62,357 nt of DNA, taken from positions 1-62,357 of the forward strand of contig JAYRIB010000062.1 of NCBI GenBank assembly GCA_041907025.1, in the 5' to 3' direction. Position numbers and translations under genes: made by a program. Every line of letters starts with the position of its first letter. Within the stretch, counting starts at the first letter, position 1. The notes beneath the pieces are model-generated. The model made no database searches, had not been told where the DNA came from, and saw only the letters and a program-made list of their open reading frames with translations. Shown here piece after piece: positions 33,161 through 43,053 of this stretch. This DNA is from Candidatus Saccharimonadia bacterium. Its GTDB lineage: Bacteria > Patescibacteriota > Saccharimonadia > CAILAD01 > JADZBC01.

Positions 33161-33541
33161 TTAGCCTCCTATCGCAATTCCGAGTAAGCTCAGAATCGCC
33201 CTAAAGCTTATGAGGAGCACCAAACCAACAATCGCATTAGTAAGTCGGCTCTTTGCCGACTTAAGTCTGTCTGGGCTATCAGCAGCAGAGGCCATCTGTA
33301 CTCCGGATATAACCACGGCGAGGACGAATAGGGAACCAAATATGCCAACCATCCAGTTCGCGACATTCCCTATGAACTCGTATATATCGCTCGTGCAAAA
33401 CTCCTGAGGCAAGAAGCTACACTCAACAGCGGCGGAACTACTTGGTAGTACTGCCTCTTCCGCCCTTGCAAACTGCGGCAAGATCATCATCGCCAGAGCA
33501 AGAGTAGTAACTATGACAGTTTTGATGTATCGAACCTTCAT
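33161..33541 (-). CDS. T4SS pilin-like protein, paralog 5 (most divergent)
   Basis: 126 aa with a signal peptide, two Cys residues and two hydrophobic helices joined by SGVQMASAADSPDRLKSAKSRLTNAIVGLV. Confidence 0.6.
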   Translation of the reverse strand: MKVRYIKTVIVTTLALAMMILPQFARAEEAVLPSSSAAVECSFLPQEFCTSDIYEFIGNVANWMVGIFGSLFVLAVVISGVQMASAADSPDRLKSAKSRLTNAIVGLVLLISFRAILSLLGIAIGG

Positions 33542-33637
33542 TATCCTCCTTGCTGTTGACTAAATAACCTTAAAGATGCTTGTTCTGGCCATAAGCACTA
33601 TACCTACTAGTGCCTATTATACTATAATCACCATATA

Positions 33638-36040
33638 ATGATGCGAACTCTTCGTAAAGCAATTCTTCTATTATTCGGCCAACTAGCGCTAGTTAGCCTA
33701 TTGTTGTTTGTGGTGCTTTTAGTACCCTCAACGTCGCATGCTGCAAACTCCAAAGTCCCTAGTGCCTATGCGGCAGTAGACAAAGACGGGGGGCTAAGCA
33801 TCTCTGGTACAGAGTTCTTCTGTGATTTTGCCAGCACGGCCGAGGTAATTTGCAAAAGAAGTTCGACCGCAAGCGAACTCACGGCCGACGGTACATCAAA
33901 AGAAATGTCATATTGGTTTGACCCGGAGTTATCTAAAAAAGCAGGGCACGATGTATTCAGACCCGACGGCGGCACTCGGCAAGCCGAGTTTGGCTGGCTC
34001 CACTTCCCTAGGTCCGCTCAAGGAGACTACTCACTCGGTCAAGTATCGACCAGCTCCTTAGATGGCGAGGGTGGTGTTTACGACGATGATGTAAATACGG
34101 ATAAGTTTAAAAAGGATGTAGGGGACACTTCAACCTGCTCAGTAAGGAAGTTCCGCAATGGGAAGGGTACTATTACCTGTAAGATCGGGGGCAGCAAGGG
34201 GGGTAGGAGCGTAACCGTAACTCAGTACAAAACGGGTTATTCAAACTTTACAGAGCTAAAGAAGTGCGACAAGGGCGGGCTTGGTTTTTTCCTCTGCCCA
34301 ATTCAAAACATGTTCTGGGACACCATTAGGCTTACTACTGGTTGGATAGGCAACATATTAGACGTCAATACAAGTAATTTTCAGAACACTACCATAAGGG
34401 AGGCGAGCAATAATCTTCTCGGAGTAGCTAACGCCGTCTACGCCCTTGTTTTTCTGGTTATTATATTTGCTAACGGCCTCTCCTTGAACCTAGATAGCTA
34501 CATGCTGAAGAAGATGGTACCGCGACTCGTAGTAGCTATTATTCTTTCGCAATTCGCATTCTTCCTCACAGGCGCCTTTATTGATTTTGGAAACGTTCTA
34601 GGCAGAGGTGTGCAGGCCTTCTTTGAGCAGCTAGCCCCTGTCACCAACCCAGGGGCTGGCCTCTTTGCCGTCAGTGCAATTGCTGGTTTGGGAATAATGA
34701 TCGCGTTGATACTGTCTCTGTTTATATTAATTGCCATACTCATTGCGTTGGTGGTACTCATGATTCGACAAGCTATTCTTTATGTACTAATACTGGTCGC
34801 GCCGCTAGCTATTGCCGCCAGGGTACTACCGAATACTGATAAGCTCTTCAAAATGTGGCTCGATAACCTCATTAAGCTAGTGCTCATGTACCCTATAGTC
34901 GTAGCAATCATATCTGGTTCAGCATTCTTGGGCAGCGTTATGATGGGCAACAAGAACTCTTTAGCAATTCAGATTATGGGAGTGTTGTTGCCATTCATTG
35001 GGCTTGCACTATTGCCTAAAGCATTTAAGTGGAGCGGCAATATAATGCATGCTACTGGTGGCAAGCTGGCTGGCTGGGGTGCTGGAGGCTTTAAAAAAGG
35101 AGTTGTTCAGCCACTCAAAGGGGCTGCCAAAGACACTCTTAATGACCAAAGACGCCTCCAGGGCGCGAAGCTTGCGGCCTCAGACAGCAAGCTAGCACAG
35201 CTGGGTAGCGGAGTCGTTGGAGGAAAACTTGGCGCATCACTCCAAACCAGAAAGGGCCATGCAGAGCGTCTCCGCATGCAGGCAAATGCAGCAGCCGAAG
35301 AACGCAAGCTAGAAGACGCGAAAATGTCAGTACTCAGTGGTCCAGCTCTCCACAAAGAAGCTGAGGAAGCTGGTAAAGCTCTGGCTAAAAACCCAGCCGA
35401 TATTCGGGCTAAGGCCAGGATGGAGTCAGTGTTAGCTCGTGCCGGAGCAGTGAGTGATATGAACGCCGTTGCGCGAGCGAACAACGCGTTCACCTCATCG
35501 ATGACAGATAAGGTTGCTGCAAATGATACTTGGGGTAGTGCTCTGGGAAATTCAGGTATCATGGGTGATATCAAAGAGAAGAGTCCAGAACTTAGTAGTG
35601 TTGGTACGTTCTCGTTCGATGCTGCAGGCAGCAGGAGCCTAGATGAGACATGGTCGGTAAAAGACCAGGGTAAGCACGCTGGGGGCACTGGAACTGGTAC
35701 ACCTAATGGAGTTCGTATTGCAGTAACTAACACTAAAGCAATTGATCTTAGTGGTAAGAACCGCTCGGGGCTTGCGGGTCTTTCAAAGGACACTGTCAAA
35801 TCTATAGCTACCGCTGTGGCCGACCCAGCTTCTAGAGCTGCTCAGCTCAAGAGCCTAAGTATTGAAGAAATGGGGCAATTAACCGATCCACGCTACGCTC
35901 CAAAGGATCCTGGAGCGAAGGAACATTGGAGGAAAGTTGCCGATGCTGTTGTCGCTGACTATGGCGCTCTAGCAGCAACCGACCCTGCAGCCAGGGCAAA
36001 GGTTAATGCTGCAAATCAAATTATTCGCGCAGGGTGGTAA
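33638..36040 (+). CDS. VirB6/TrbL/PrgH-like polytopic T4SS channel protein
   Basis: 800 aa. N-terminal signal/TM, a ~250-aa Cys-containing extracytoplasmic domain, at least 6 hydrophobic helices (e.g. LFAVSAIAGLGIMIALILSLFILIAILIALVVLMI), and an Ala/Lys-rich tail. Assigned by topology and by its position next to the PrgI-like and VirB4 genes. Confidence 0.6.
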   Translation: MMRTLRKAILLLFGQLALVSLLLFVVLLVPSTSHAANSKVPSAYAAVDKDGGLSISGTEFFCDFASTAEVICKRSSTASELTADGTSKEMSYWFDPELSKKAGHDVFRPDGGTRQAEFGWLHFPRSAQGDYSLGQVSTSSLDGEGGVYDDDVNTDKFKKDVGDTSTCSVRKFRNGKGTITCKIGGSKGGRSVTVTQYKTGYSNFTELKKCDKGGLGFFLCPIQNMFWDTIRLTTGWIGNILDVNTSNFQNTTIREASNNLLGVANAVYALVFLVIIFANGLSLNLDSYMLKKMVPRLVVAIILSQFAFFLTGAFIDFGNVLGRGVQAFFEQLAPVTNPGAGLFAVSAIAGLGIMIALILSLFILIAILIALVVLMIRQAILYVLILVAPLAIAARVLPNTDKLFKMWLDNLIKLVLMYPIVVAIISGSAFLGSVMMGNKNSLAIQIMGVLLPFIGLALLPKAFKWSGNIMHATGGKLAGWGAGGFKKGVVQPLKGAAKDTLNDQRRLQGAKLAASDSKLAQLGSGVVGGKLGASLQTRKGHAERLRMQANAAAEERKLEDAKMSVLSGPALHKEAEEAGKALAKNPADIRAKARMESVLARAGAVSDMNAVARANNAFTSSMTDKVAANDTWGSALGNSGIMGDIKEKSPELSSVGTFSFDAAGSRSLDETWSVKDQGKHAGGTGTGTPNGVRIAVTNTKAIDLSGKNRSGLAGLSKDTVKSIATAVADPASRAAQLKSLSIEEMGQLTDPRYAPKDPGAKEHWRKVADAVVADYGALAATDPAARAKVNAANQIIRAGW

Positions 36041-36048
36041 AGTAGGCG

Positions 36049-36885
36049 ATGCCACAGTACAAAGTCCCCCAAAACGTAGAGAGCGAAGACACAATCCTTG
36101 GTCCGTTGACGATCAAGCAGTTCATCTATGTCGTGATTGCGATTGGGTGGGGGTTCTTATGCTGGCGCGTGATAGGAGTAGCTCCTGTGGTGGCGATTGC
36201 GCTCATCCTACCAGTCTCAGGACCACTGCTGGCCTTGGGCTTGATTCGTCGTGAGGGTCAGAGCTTCGAAACTTACTTTGTTGCGATGATTCGCTTTTTG
36301 CTTGTACCGCGCAAACGAACCTGGCACAAAGACGAGGCTAGGGTGATTATTAAAGCCGAAGAAAAGAAGCCGATTGAGCAAATGCCGACGCGTAATCAAG
36401 CCCAGGTACGCGGCGAGCTCCGCAAACTCGCTACCATTGTAGATAGTCGCGGACGCATCCCCAAGGGCACCGACGTGCAGGCGGCCGATGCCAATGTAGC
36501 CGGCAGCGCGCTTAGTCAACGCGTCGTAACGCCAGAGGCTACCCAAGTAGCAGGGGAGATTATATCCACCAAAGTTGCGGCTCCCCGCACCGACATGCTC
36601 GACATGCAACACAACCCACAGGCTGTCGCGGTTGGTGAACTACTTAAGACCTCTGGAGACGATATGCGGGCGCAAGCAATTGCCAATATGCAAAAGGCGG
36701 CCACGGAATCCGCTGCCACACCTGCGCCGCAAGCACAAGCACCTTCGCAAGACGAGGGTCAAAATGCTATACTACAAAGAGCAGTGCAAAACAGCGATAC
36801 CATATCTGTTCAGCAACTTTCTGACCAGGTGAATCGCCAAAACGTACTGCAACAAGGCAAAAGCGCACAAGTTCGCCAAGCCTAA
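36049..36885 (+). CDS. PrgI-family (VirB3-like) T4SS membrane protein with a long Ala/Gln-rich tail
   Basis: The N-terminus YKVPQNVESEDTILGPLTIKQFIYVVIAIGWGF, followed by a second helix, is the PrgI/TcpE-type signature. Confidence 0.6.
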   Translation: MPQYKVPQNVESEDTILGPLTIKQFIYVVIAIGWGFLCWRVIGVAPVVAIALILPVSGPLLALGLIRREGQSFETYFVAMIRFLLVPRKRTWHKDEARVIIKAEEKKPIEQMPTRNQAQVRGELRKLATIVDSRGRIPKGTDVQAADANVAGSALSQRVVTPEATQVAGEIISTKVAAPRTDMLDMQHNPQAVAVGELLKTSGDDMRAQAIANMQKAATESAATPAPQAQAPSQDEGQNAILQRAVQNSDTISVQQLSDQVNRQNVLQQGKSAQVRQA

Positions 36886-36922
36886 TTTTTCGCTTTAGTA
36901 CTAATACCGCAGGTAACTTAAG

Positions 36923-37963
36923 ATGGCCAACGTAGCTCAACCTAATCCTCATATCACGGACCAACAGCGCCAAGCTCTGGCCTCTGTAACGCCGCCTAAA
37001 TCCAAGAAGGACCAGCGCGCCAGTACTCAGAATCACCTGATGTTCTCCGAAGTCCGTGACAACATCGTCGTCATGCGCGACGGCTCACTGCGCATGGTAA
37101 TCTTGGCTTCAGCCCTCAACTTCGACCTTAAGAGTGCCCGCGAACAAGCGGCAATTGAGTACTCATTCCAAGGATTCTTAAACGGCCTGCACTTTCCTGT
37201 TCAAATCATTGTGCGCTCACGCAAGATTGATTTAGATAACTACCTAACTAAGCTTGAGCAACGCCAGGCGGAGCAAGAAAACGCTCTGCTGGCCGGACTG
37301 ATGGAAGACTATATATTCAACATCCGCGGGCTCCTCGAGGACGTTAACATCATGTCGAAGTCGTTTTACGTGATTGTACCGTACTTTGTGCAAGCAGTTA
37401 GCAAGGATAATATAGCTAGCAAGATAAGTAGCTTACTGAAGGCGAGCGAGGACGTGGTGCAAAGCAGCGCTGATTACGAAACGCACAAGCGGGACTTGTT
37501 GCAGCGCACTAATTTGGTCGCTCAAGGCTTAGCGCAGATCGGGGTGCGCGCCGCTGTTCTGTCCACTCAGGAGCTGATTGAACTTTACTATGGTTCATAT
37601 AACATCGATGAAGCTCAGAACCAGCCACTTGGCGATGTGGAGGGCATTAGCACCCCAGTGGTTGGTCGCTCGGGCCCTGCCCCTGCACCACACGGCCCAG
37701 AACCACGAGCTGCGGACCCCGACGACATGTTTGCGGCAGCACGTCACGCCCATCCAGAAATGCACGCTGTGCCAACACCAGCCCCGGTAGCGGCACCAGT
37801 CCCAGCAGCAACCCCTACACCGCAAGCTGCGCCCGTGCCACAAGCCACTACTGCTCAGCCTAGTTCTGTAGCTCAAGCAGCGCCTCAACAAGCTCCACAG
37901 AGTGTAGTGGCTCAGCCTGGGCAAGCAACTCAGATAAGTCAGCAACCAGGAGGGCAGAAGTAA
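36923..37963 (+). CDS. T4SS-associated protein: VirB4-N-terminal-like domain plus a Pro/Ala/Gln-rich tail
   Basis: VRDNIVVMRDGSLRMVILASALNFDLKSAREQAAIEYSFQGFLNGLHFPVQIIVRSRKIDLDNY resembles the first domain of VirB4/TraC proteins. No Walker motifs. Its stop overlaps the virB4 start (TAATG). Confidence 0.5.
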   Translation: MANVAQPNPHITDQQRQALASVTPPKSKKDQRASTQNHLMFSEVRDNIVVMRDGSLRMVILASALNFDLKSAREQAAIEYSFQGFLNGLHFPVQIIVRSRKIDLDNYLTKLEQRQAEQENALLAGLMEDYIFNIRGLLEDVNIMSKSFYVIVPYFVQAVSKDNIASKISSLLKASEDVVQSSADYETHKRDLLQRTNLVAQGLAQIGVRAAVLSTQELIELYYGSYNIDEAQNQPLGDVEGISTPVVGRSGPAPAPHGPEPRAADPDDMFAAARHAHPEMHAVPTPAPVAAPVPAATPTPQAAPVPQATTAQPSSVAQAAPQQAPQSVVAQPGQATQISQQPGGQK

Positions 37964-39816
37964 TGGCCGACAAAAAGCCTAAGATTGACCCAAAGGTTCA
38001 AGCCGAGATTAATCGCCGCTTAGCCGTCCAAGGCCAGGCAGACAAGATCTACCGCGAAGGCGTAGTCAGTTTGCGTGATATCATTGCGCCGGCCTCGTTC
38101 GAAGTAGAAAGTAACTTCCTTAAAATCGGTAAGCGCTATGCGCGCACGCTGTTTGTCTTTGGTTACCCCCGCACCTTGTTCACGGGATGGCTTTCGCCTT
38201 TGATTAACATTGATGAGGTCATCGACATTAGCCTCAATATTATCCCAGTGGAGAGCAAAGTAGTACTTGATAACCTGCGCAAGAAGGTAGGGCAACTGGA
38301 GGCTAACTACAACATTAACCAAGAAAAGGGTAAGGTTCGTGACCCAGGATTAGAAGCCGCCATTCAAGATGCTGAGGAGTTGCGCGACAGCCTGCAAGTC
38401 GGCTCGGACCGATTCTTCCGCTTTGGGCTTTACATTACCCTCTACGGTAAAGACCTCGAAGAGCTCGACCTGGTTGGGCGTAAGATCGAAAGCATGCTCG
38501 GCAGTAGTCTGATCTACACCAAGCCAGCTACCATCCAGATGGAGCAGGGCTTTAACTCTACCCTGCCACTCGGCCTCGACCAACTCAATGTCTACCGCAA
38601 CATGAACACTGGTGCGCTCTCAACGTCTTTTCCGTTTACCACCGCCGAGCTCAGTCAAGACGACGGTGTGCTCTACGGTATTAACAGGCACAACAATGGC
38701 CTGGTCATCTTTGATCGCTTCAGCTTAGAAAACGCCAATATGGTGGTGTTTGCCAAGTCGGGTGCTGGTAAAAGTTTCGCGATTAAGCTGGAGTGTTTGC
38801 GTTCCCTCATGATGGGTACCGAAGTCGTCATTGTTGACCCCGAAAACGAATACCGGACCTTGTGTGACGCGGTCGGCGGAAGCTACCTACACCTTTCACT
38901 TAACAGTAATACCCGCGTCAATCCGTTTGATTTGCCAACCACCGTTGATCCTGAGGAGGCCGAGAACGCCCTGCGCGCCAACATCATCATGCTGCATGGC
39001 TTGCTCCGGCTGATGGCAGGGGAGATGAACCCAACAGAAGAAGCCGACATGGATATGGCGCTGATTAATACCTATGCGCGCAAAGGTATTACCAACGATC
39101 CGCTCACTCACACGGCCGTACCACCCGTTATGTCCGACCTCTACAACGAGCTCAACGCCATGCCAGGCACTGGCCCAGCACTGGCGTCACGCTTGCGCCG
39201 CTTTACCGAAGGCACGTTCTCGGGTATCTTCTCCCAACAATCAAACGTTGAGCTCAACAATAAGTTTGTGGTCTTTAACATTCGCGACCTCGAAGATGAG
39301 CTTAGGCCAATTGGCATGTATATTGTACTGAACTACATTTGGAACCGCGTGAAGACTGACAAGCGCAAGCGCATCCTGGTAGTAGATGAAGCCTGGCAAC
39401 TACTACAGTACCAAGACTCAGCCATGTTTATGTTCTCGATTGCCAAGCGCGCCCGTAAGTACTTCCTAGGCCTCACGACCATCTCGCAAGATGTAGAGGA
39501 CTTCTTAAGCACCCGCTTAGGCCGGGCAATTGTAAACAACTCCTCGCTTCAACTCTTGCTCAAACAAAACCCTGCGGCTGTCGATATTGTGGCTGACACT
39601 TTTAAGCTCACCACTGAGGAGCGTAGTCGGCTCAGCCAGTTCCCAGTTGGTGAAGGGTTATTCTTCGCCGGTATGAGCCATGTAATTCTACGCATTCTCG
39701 CTTCGCCTATGGAGGAGCAGTTGATTAGTACGAACCCGCAATACTTACTTGATCAACGTGAAGCCCAGGCGAGTGCGGACGCAGCCGCGCTGGCCGCCAG
39801 AACGGCGCCTCAATAA
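37963..39816 (+). CDS. virB4: VirB4-family T4SS ATPase
   Basis: 617 aa. Walker A FAKSGAGKSFAIK, Walker B ILVVDEAW, and the downstream GLTTISQ motif. Confidence 0.88.
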   Translation: MADKKPKIDPKVQAEINRRLAVQGQADKIYREGVVSLRDIIAPASFEVESNFLKIGKRYARTLFVFGYPRTLFTGWLSPLINIDEVIDISLNIIPVESKVVLDNLRKKVGQLEANYNINQEKGKVRDPGLEAAIQDAEELRDSLQVGSDRFFRFGLYITLYGKDLEELDLVGRKIESMLGSSLIYTKPATIQMEQGFNSTLPLGLDQLNVYRNMNTGALSTSFPFTTAELSQDDGVLYGINRHNNGLVIFDRFSLENANMVVFAKSGAGKSFAIKLECLRSLMMGTEVVIVDPENEYRTLCDAVGGSYLHLSLNSNTRVNPFDLPTTVDPEEAENALRANIIMLHGLLRLMAGEMNPTEEADMDMALINTYARKGITNDPLTHTAVPPVMSDLYNELNAMPGTGPALASRLRRFTEGTFSGIFSQQSNVELNNKFVVFNIRDLEDELRPIGMYIVLNYIWNRVKTDKRKRILVVDEAWQLLQYQDSAMFMFSIAKRARKYFLGLTTISQDVEDFLSTRLGRAIVNNSSLQLLLKQNPAAVDIVADTFKLTTEERSRLSQFPVGEGLFFAGMSHVILRILASPMEEQLISTNPQYLLDQREAQASADAAALAARTAPQ

Positions 39817-39849
39817 GCTATAATAAGGCTATGAAGAAAGTATTGTACG

Positions 39850-42800
39850 ATGGCTCGACCAGCTGAGAGACTCGAAGATGACCGCCAAGAGGGTGGACTA
39901 CTTGATAATGACTTAGGTATACAACCACGCAGCAGCCGCGTAGGACAGGGCGCCTCTGAACATGGTGAGAATATCCGTGTGAGCCCAGTACAGCAAGGGA
40001 TTCATACCTCGAGTGGTCCTGGCGGCTCAGGACCAACACCCTCTGAGAAGCATAGTCTTAAAGATGGGAAAGCTATTGACCCGCAAAGCGCACTTACAAA
40101 AAAAGCTGCGGGAAAAGCACTAGACCACACTCCCGGAATGGTATCGAAGGCTGAGCAGGCTGAGCAAGGATCACTTGAGAAAGCTGGTCGCAAAGCTGCT
40201 TCTAAGGTTGCTAAAAAAGCAGCTCAGGCAGCCGCAACAGATTCAGGAGTCGGTGCGCCACTTGCAAAGGCAGCTGGCGATATTGCAGAAGAAGCTGTTA
40301 AGCGAATTGATGTCAAAGGTGGTGCCAAGAAGAGCGTCAAGGTAGTTGCTATTGCAGCTTTTGGTTTTATTGTTGTTGCTATGCTGCCTTTACTAATGTT
40401 TACATATATCGTCACTCAGCCATGGAAAGCGGTACAACAGGTTTTAAAGGACTCTAGTTTTACAAACTTTGCACTCAGTGCTCGTAAACTTGCTATTGGC
40501 GATGGTAATAATCAAACATTAATGGCTATCGCGGGCAGCATGCCATATGAGGCGGACTACAAACCTGGTAGCGCCATTGCTGCGACTGCAGGTCAGCGCC
40601 CAGAGCCAGGCACCCTGCTAGATGTAATATCAAAAGTTGATTATGAAAAATCACGCAACTTGTTTAAAAATGTGAGCTGTCCCTACAAGGTTAAAACTAA
40701 GCAAGTGGTCGCTAGTGATGGTGCGCAAAGAGCAGTTATTGACAAGGTAGTAGATGCAAAGGGGGATACGGCTGATATCGCAGATGCTGATGTGTTTGAC
40801 TGTATCCTTGAACAATATCCTGTTTTCGAAGCTATGATGCGTAGCCCCGAAGCACGCAAGATCAATAAGCAAATGAAGATAAATCTGTCCTACGCAGAGA
40901 AAAAGGACTCGGAAGCTATAAAAGATAAGCCTAAGGAAGAAGTAAAAAGGGTACTCCATAAGAAGACCACAGACCGAGTTTGGCGAAACGCTAAAGATAC
41001 TAAAGGTCTCTTATACCCAGACAGCTGTCAGGAAGACTTCAAGCCTACGGGAGACAAAGCAAATAAAGCAATCTTGGAAGTTGCGAACGACTTATTGTGT
41101 GGAGATTTAGCTGAGAATATTCAAATCAACTACCCCGTCGAAGACTTAGATGATGACTTTAGTAAGCAGACTGTCAAGCAGCGCATTGATGAGGCAGATG
41201 TTATATGTGTTTTCTATGATAAGCTCAACGCTGACCCTGAGGCCGCCAAGAAGCAACGATATGATAGGGCACTTTCTTCAGCAAGAGCTGGAATTTCAGC
41301 ACTTACACTAGCGGACACTGGAGTGGTGCCGGGTGACATATCTGTAGAGGAATTAGATAATGATTTCTATAAAATATCAAATTTTGCATCCTCACGAGCT
41401 TATAATCAAGAAATTAATGGTACGAGAAACGGTGTTCAGATGGACCCAGAGGCGATACCGACAAGAGCTATCGGCCTGACTAAAGCATACTTTGACAGCC
41501 TATCCGATCCTAATCGACCTGGGGGACAGTTATTAAACCTGGGGGAGCAGTGTAAAAAATTCAAAGCAAACAAACCCACTACTTTGACTCAAAATGTAAG
41601 AGATATTCAGAGCTTAGCGGCAATCGCAAAAGGGCAAATAGCGCGCGAGAATCAAGACTTTTACGGCGGCACTTCGGCAAATCTTGTCTCTACTAACGAC
41701 CTTATTATCCGCACAATCAGGTTGGTTTCAAACATAAGTAACAGTGGTGCTGAGGGAGGTGAGAACAACTTTAACCGTATGACAGTAGGAGCTAAAAACA
41801 CAATGTATAACTACACCATCTCGCTACTTGGGGGTAGCTATCAAACAGATGCGCAGGCAAACGAGGACAGTATAGCAGTTGGAGTTATGAAAAAAAATCG
41901 AGATAAGCAGAGTAGTATGCTTGCTCGTATATTTGATACGAAAAACCCACGTTCTCTAGCTTCCAGGATCGCTGCTGGCTCTACCGCAACACCGAAGCAG
42001 ATTACCGAGAATACCACGCGTTACGCTGTTAATATCCTAAACCCTATCAAGGCACTTGCTGATATTAATGCCGGAATTGCATTCATTGGTTACGGTGAGA
42101 CGAATATTGCCTTGGCAGCCCGAAGTGATGACATGGAGTACTGGAAAATTGACACCACAGGAACTACAACCAATCTCGATACCCTTAAGAATGCTGCATA
42201 CATAGAGAGGCTAAAAAAATCTGGTGCTAACACAGAACTTTTTGCATCCTTTGATAAGTGTATGGAGACCTACTTCCCAGATAAACAAGCTGTAGACGAA
42301 GCTAAAGATGAAAACTGTATGATTATGCGTGAAACAGACGAAGGAAGAAGGTTAGGTGCCGCCAACCCAGCTAAACGTAGTTTGGCTAGGAGCTATGCTA
42401 CTTATAAGGGCAATATGAACTTTTACACCGCTTGGGCCAAGCTTAGTAGCGACGAGCAAGATGACAGTATTTATGCTAAGGGTGAAAACAGTAGTGGTTT
42501 TGGGGTCGGTGGAGCGGTCGGGGCTGATCCAGATGGACCACAGTCTGACCCAGGCGCGGATACATCTGGAACCGATTGTCCTCAAGAGCCCGGCATAACA
42601 ACAGCGCCAGAAGACACTAAGAACGGCGTAGACGCCAAGGGTGTGGTTCAAACATACGGCCCTGGCAGAGTTCCGAAGAATAAGATTAAGCTCTGTGTCG
42701 TACAGGGCATCAGGGTAAATGTCTCGGTAGCGTCTAACCTCAACAAAATGGTGTCAGCAGCTGGCACTAGTGGGCTGGCGTTATCTGGTAGTGGCTGGCG

Positions 42801-43053
42801 CAGTTATGATAGACAAAAGGAATTGCGAATTTCTAACGGTTGTCCTGCGGATGATAATGCACCTTCAAGCTCTTGTAGAGTACCAACTGCTCGACCCGGA
42901 AGCTCAAACCACGAACAAGGTGAAGCGGTCGACTTCAATAATTCGCGAACTAGAGGCACAGCCGTCTATGCCTGGCTCAAAAGTAATGCTAGTAAGTATG
43001 GTTTCTTCAACTTCCCGAGAGAAGCGTGGCACTGGTCAAGGAATGGTAAGTAA
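39850..43053 (+). CDS. Large membrane-anchored protein with a C-terminal M15 (VanY-type) peptidoglycan peptidase domain
   Basis: 1067 aa. Disordered N-terminus, TM helix VKVVAIAAFGFIVVAMLPLLMF, and a ~700-aa unrecognised ectodomain. The C-terminus SGWRSYDRQKELR...PGSSNHEQGEAVDF...FPREAWHW carries the H-x6-D...H zinc ligands of VanY/M15. Confidence 0.7.
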   Translation: MARPAERLEDDRQEGGLLDNDLGIQPRSSRVGQGASEHGENIRVSPVQQGIHTSSGPGGSGPTPSEKHSLKDGKAIDPQSALTKKAAGKALDHTPGMVSKAEQAEQGSLEKAGRKAASKVAKKAAQAAATDSGVGAPLAKAAGDIAEEAVKRIDVKGGAKKSVKVVAIAAFGFIVVAMLPLLMFTYIVTQPWKAVQQVLKDSSFTNFALSARKLAIGDGNNQTLMAIAGSMPYEADYKPGSAIAATAGQRPEPGTLLDVISKVDYEKSRNLFKNVSCPYKVKTKQVVASDGAQRAVIDKVVDAKGDTADIADADVFDCILEQYPVFEAMMRSPEARKINKQMKINLSYAEKKDSEAIKDKPKEEVKRVLHKKTTDRVWRNAKDTKGLLYPDSCQEDFKPTGDKANKAILEVANDLLCGDLAENIQINYPVEDLDDDFSKQTVKQRIDEADVICVFYDKLNADPEAAKKQRYDRALSSARAGISALTLADTGVVPGDISVEELDNDFYKISNFASSRAYNQEINGTRNGVQMDPEAIPTRAIGLTKAYFDSLSDPNRPGGQLLNLGEQCKKFKANKPTTLTQNVRDIQSLAAIAKGQIARENQDFYGGTSANLVSTNDLIIRTIRLVSNISNSGAEGGENNFNRMTVGAKNTMYNYTISLLGGSYQTDAQANEDSIAVGVMKKNRDKQSSMLARIFDTKNPRSLASRIAAGSTATPKQITENTTRYAVNILNPIKALADINAGIAFIGYGETNIALAARSDDMEYWKIDTTGTTTNLDTLKNAAYIERLKKSGANTELFASFDKCMETYFPDKQAVDEAKDENCMIMRETDEGRRLGAANPAKRSLARSYATYKGNMNFYTAWAKLSSDEQDDSIYAKGENSSGFGVGGAVGADPDGPQSDPGADTSGTDCPQEPGITTAPEDTKNGVDAKGVVQTYGPGRVPKNKIKLCVVQGIRVNVSVASNLNKMVSAAGTSGLALSGSGWRSYDRQKELRISNGCPADDNAPSSSCRVPTARPGSSNHEQGEAVDFNNSRTRGTAVYAWLKSNASKYGFFNFPREAWHWSRNGK

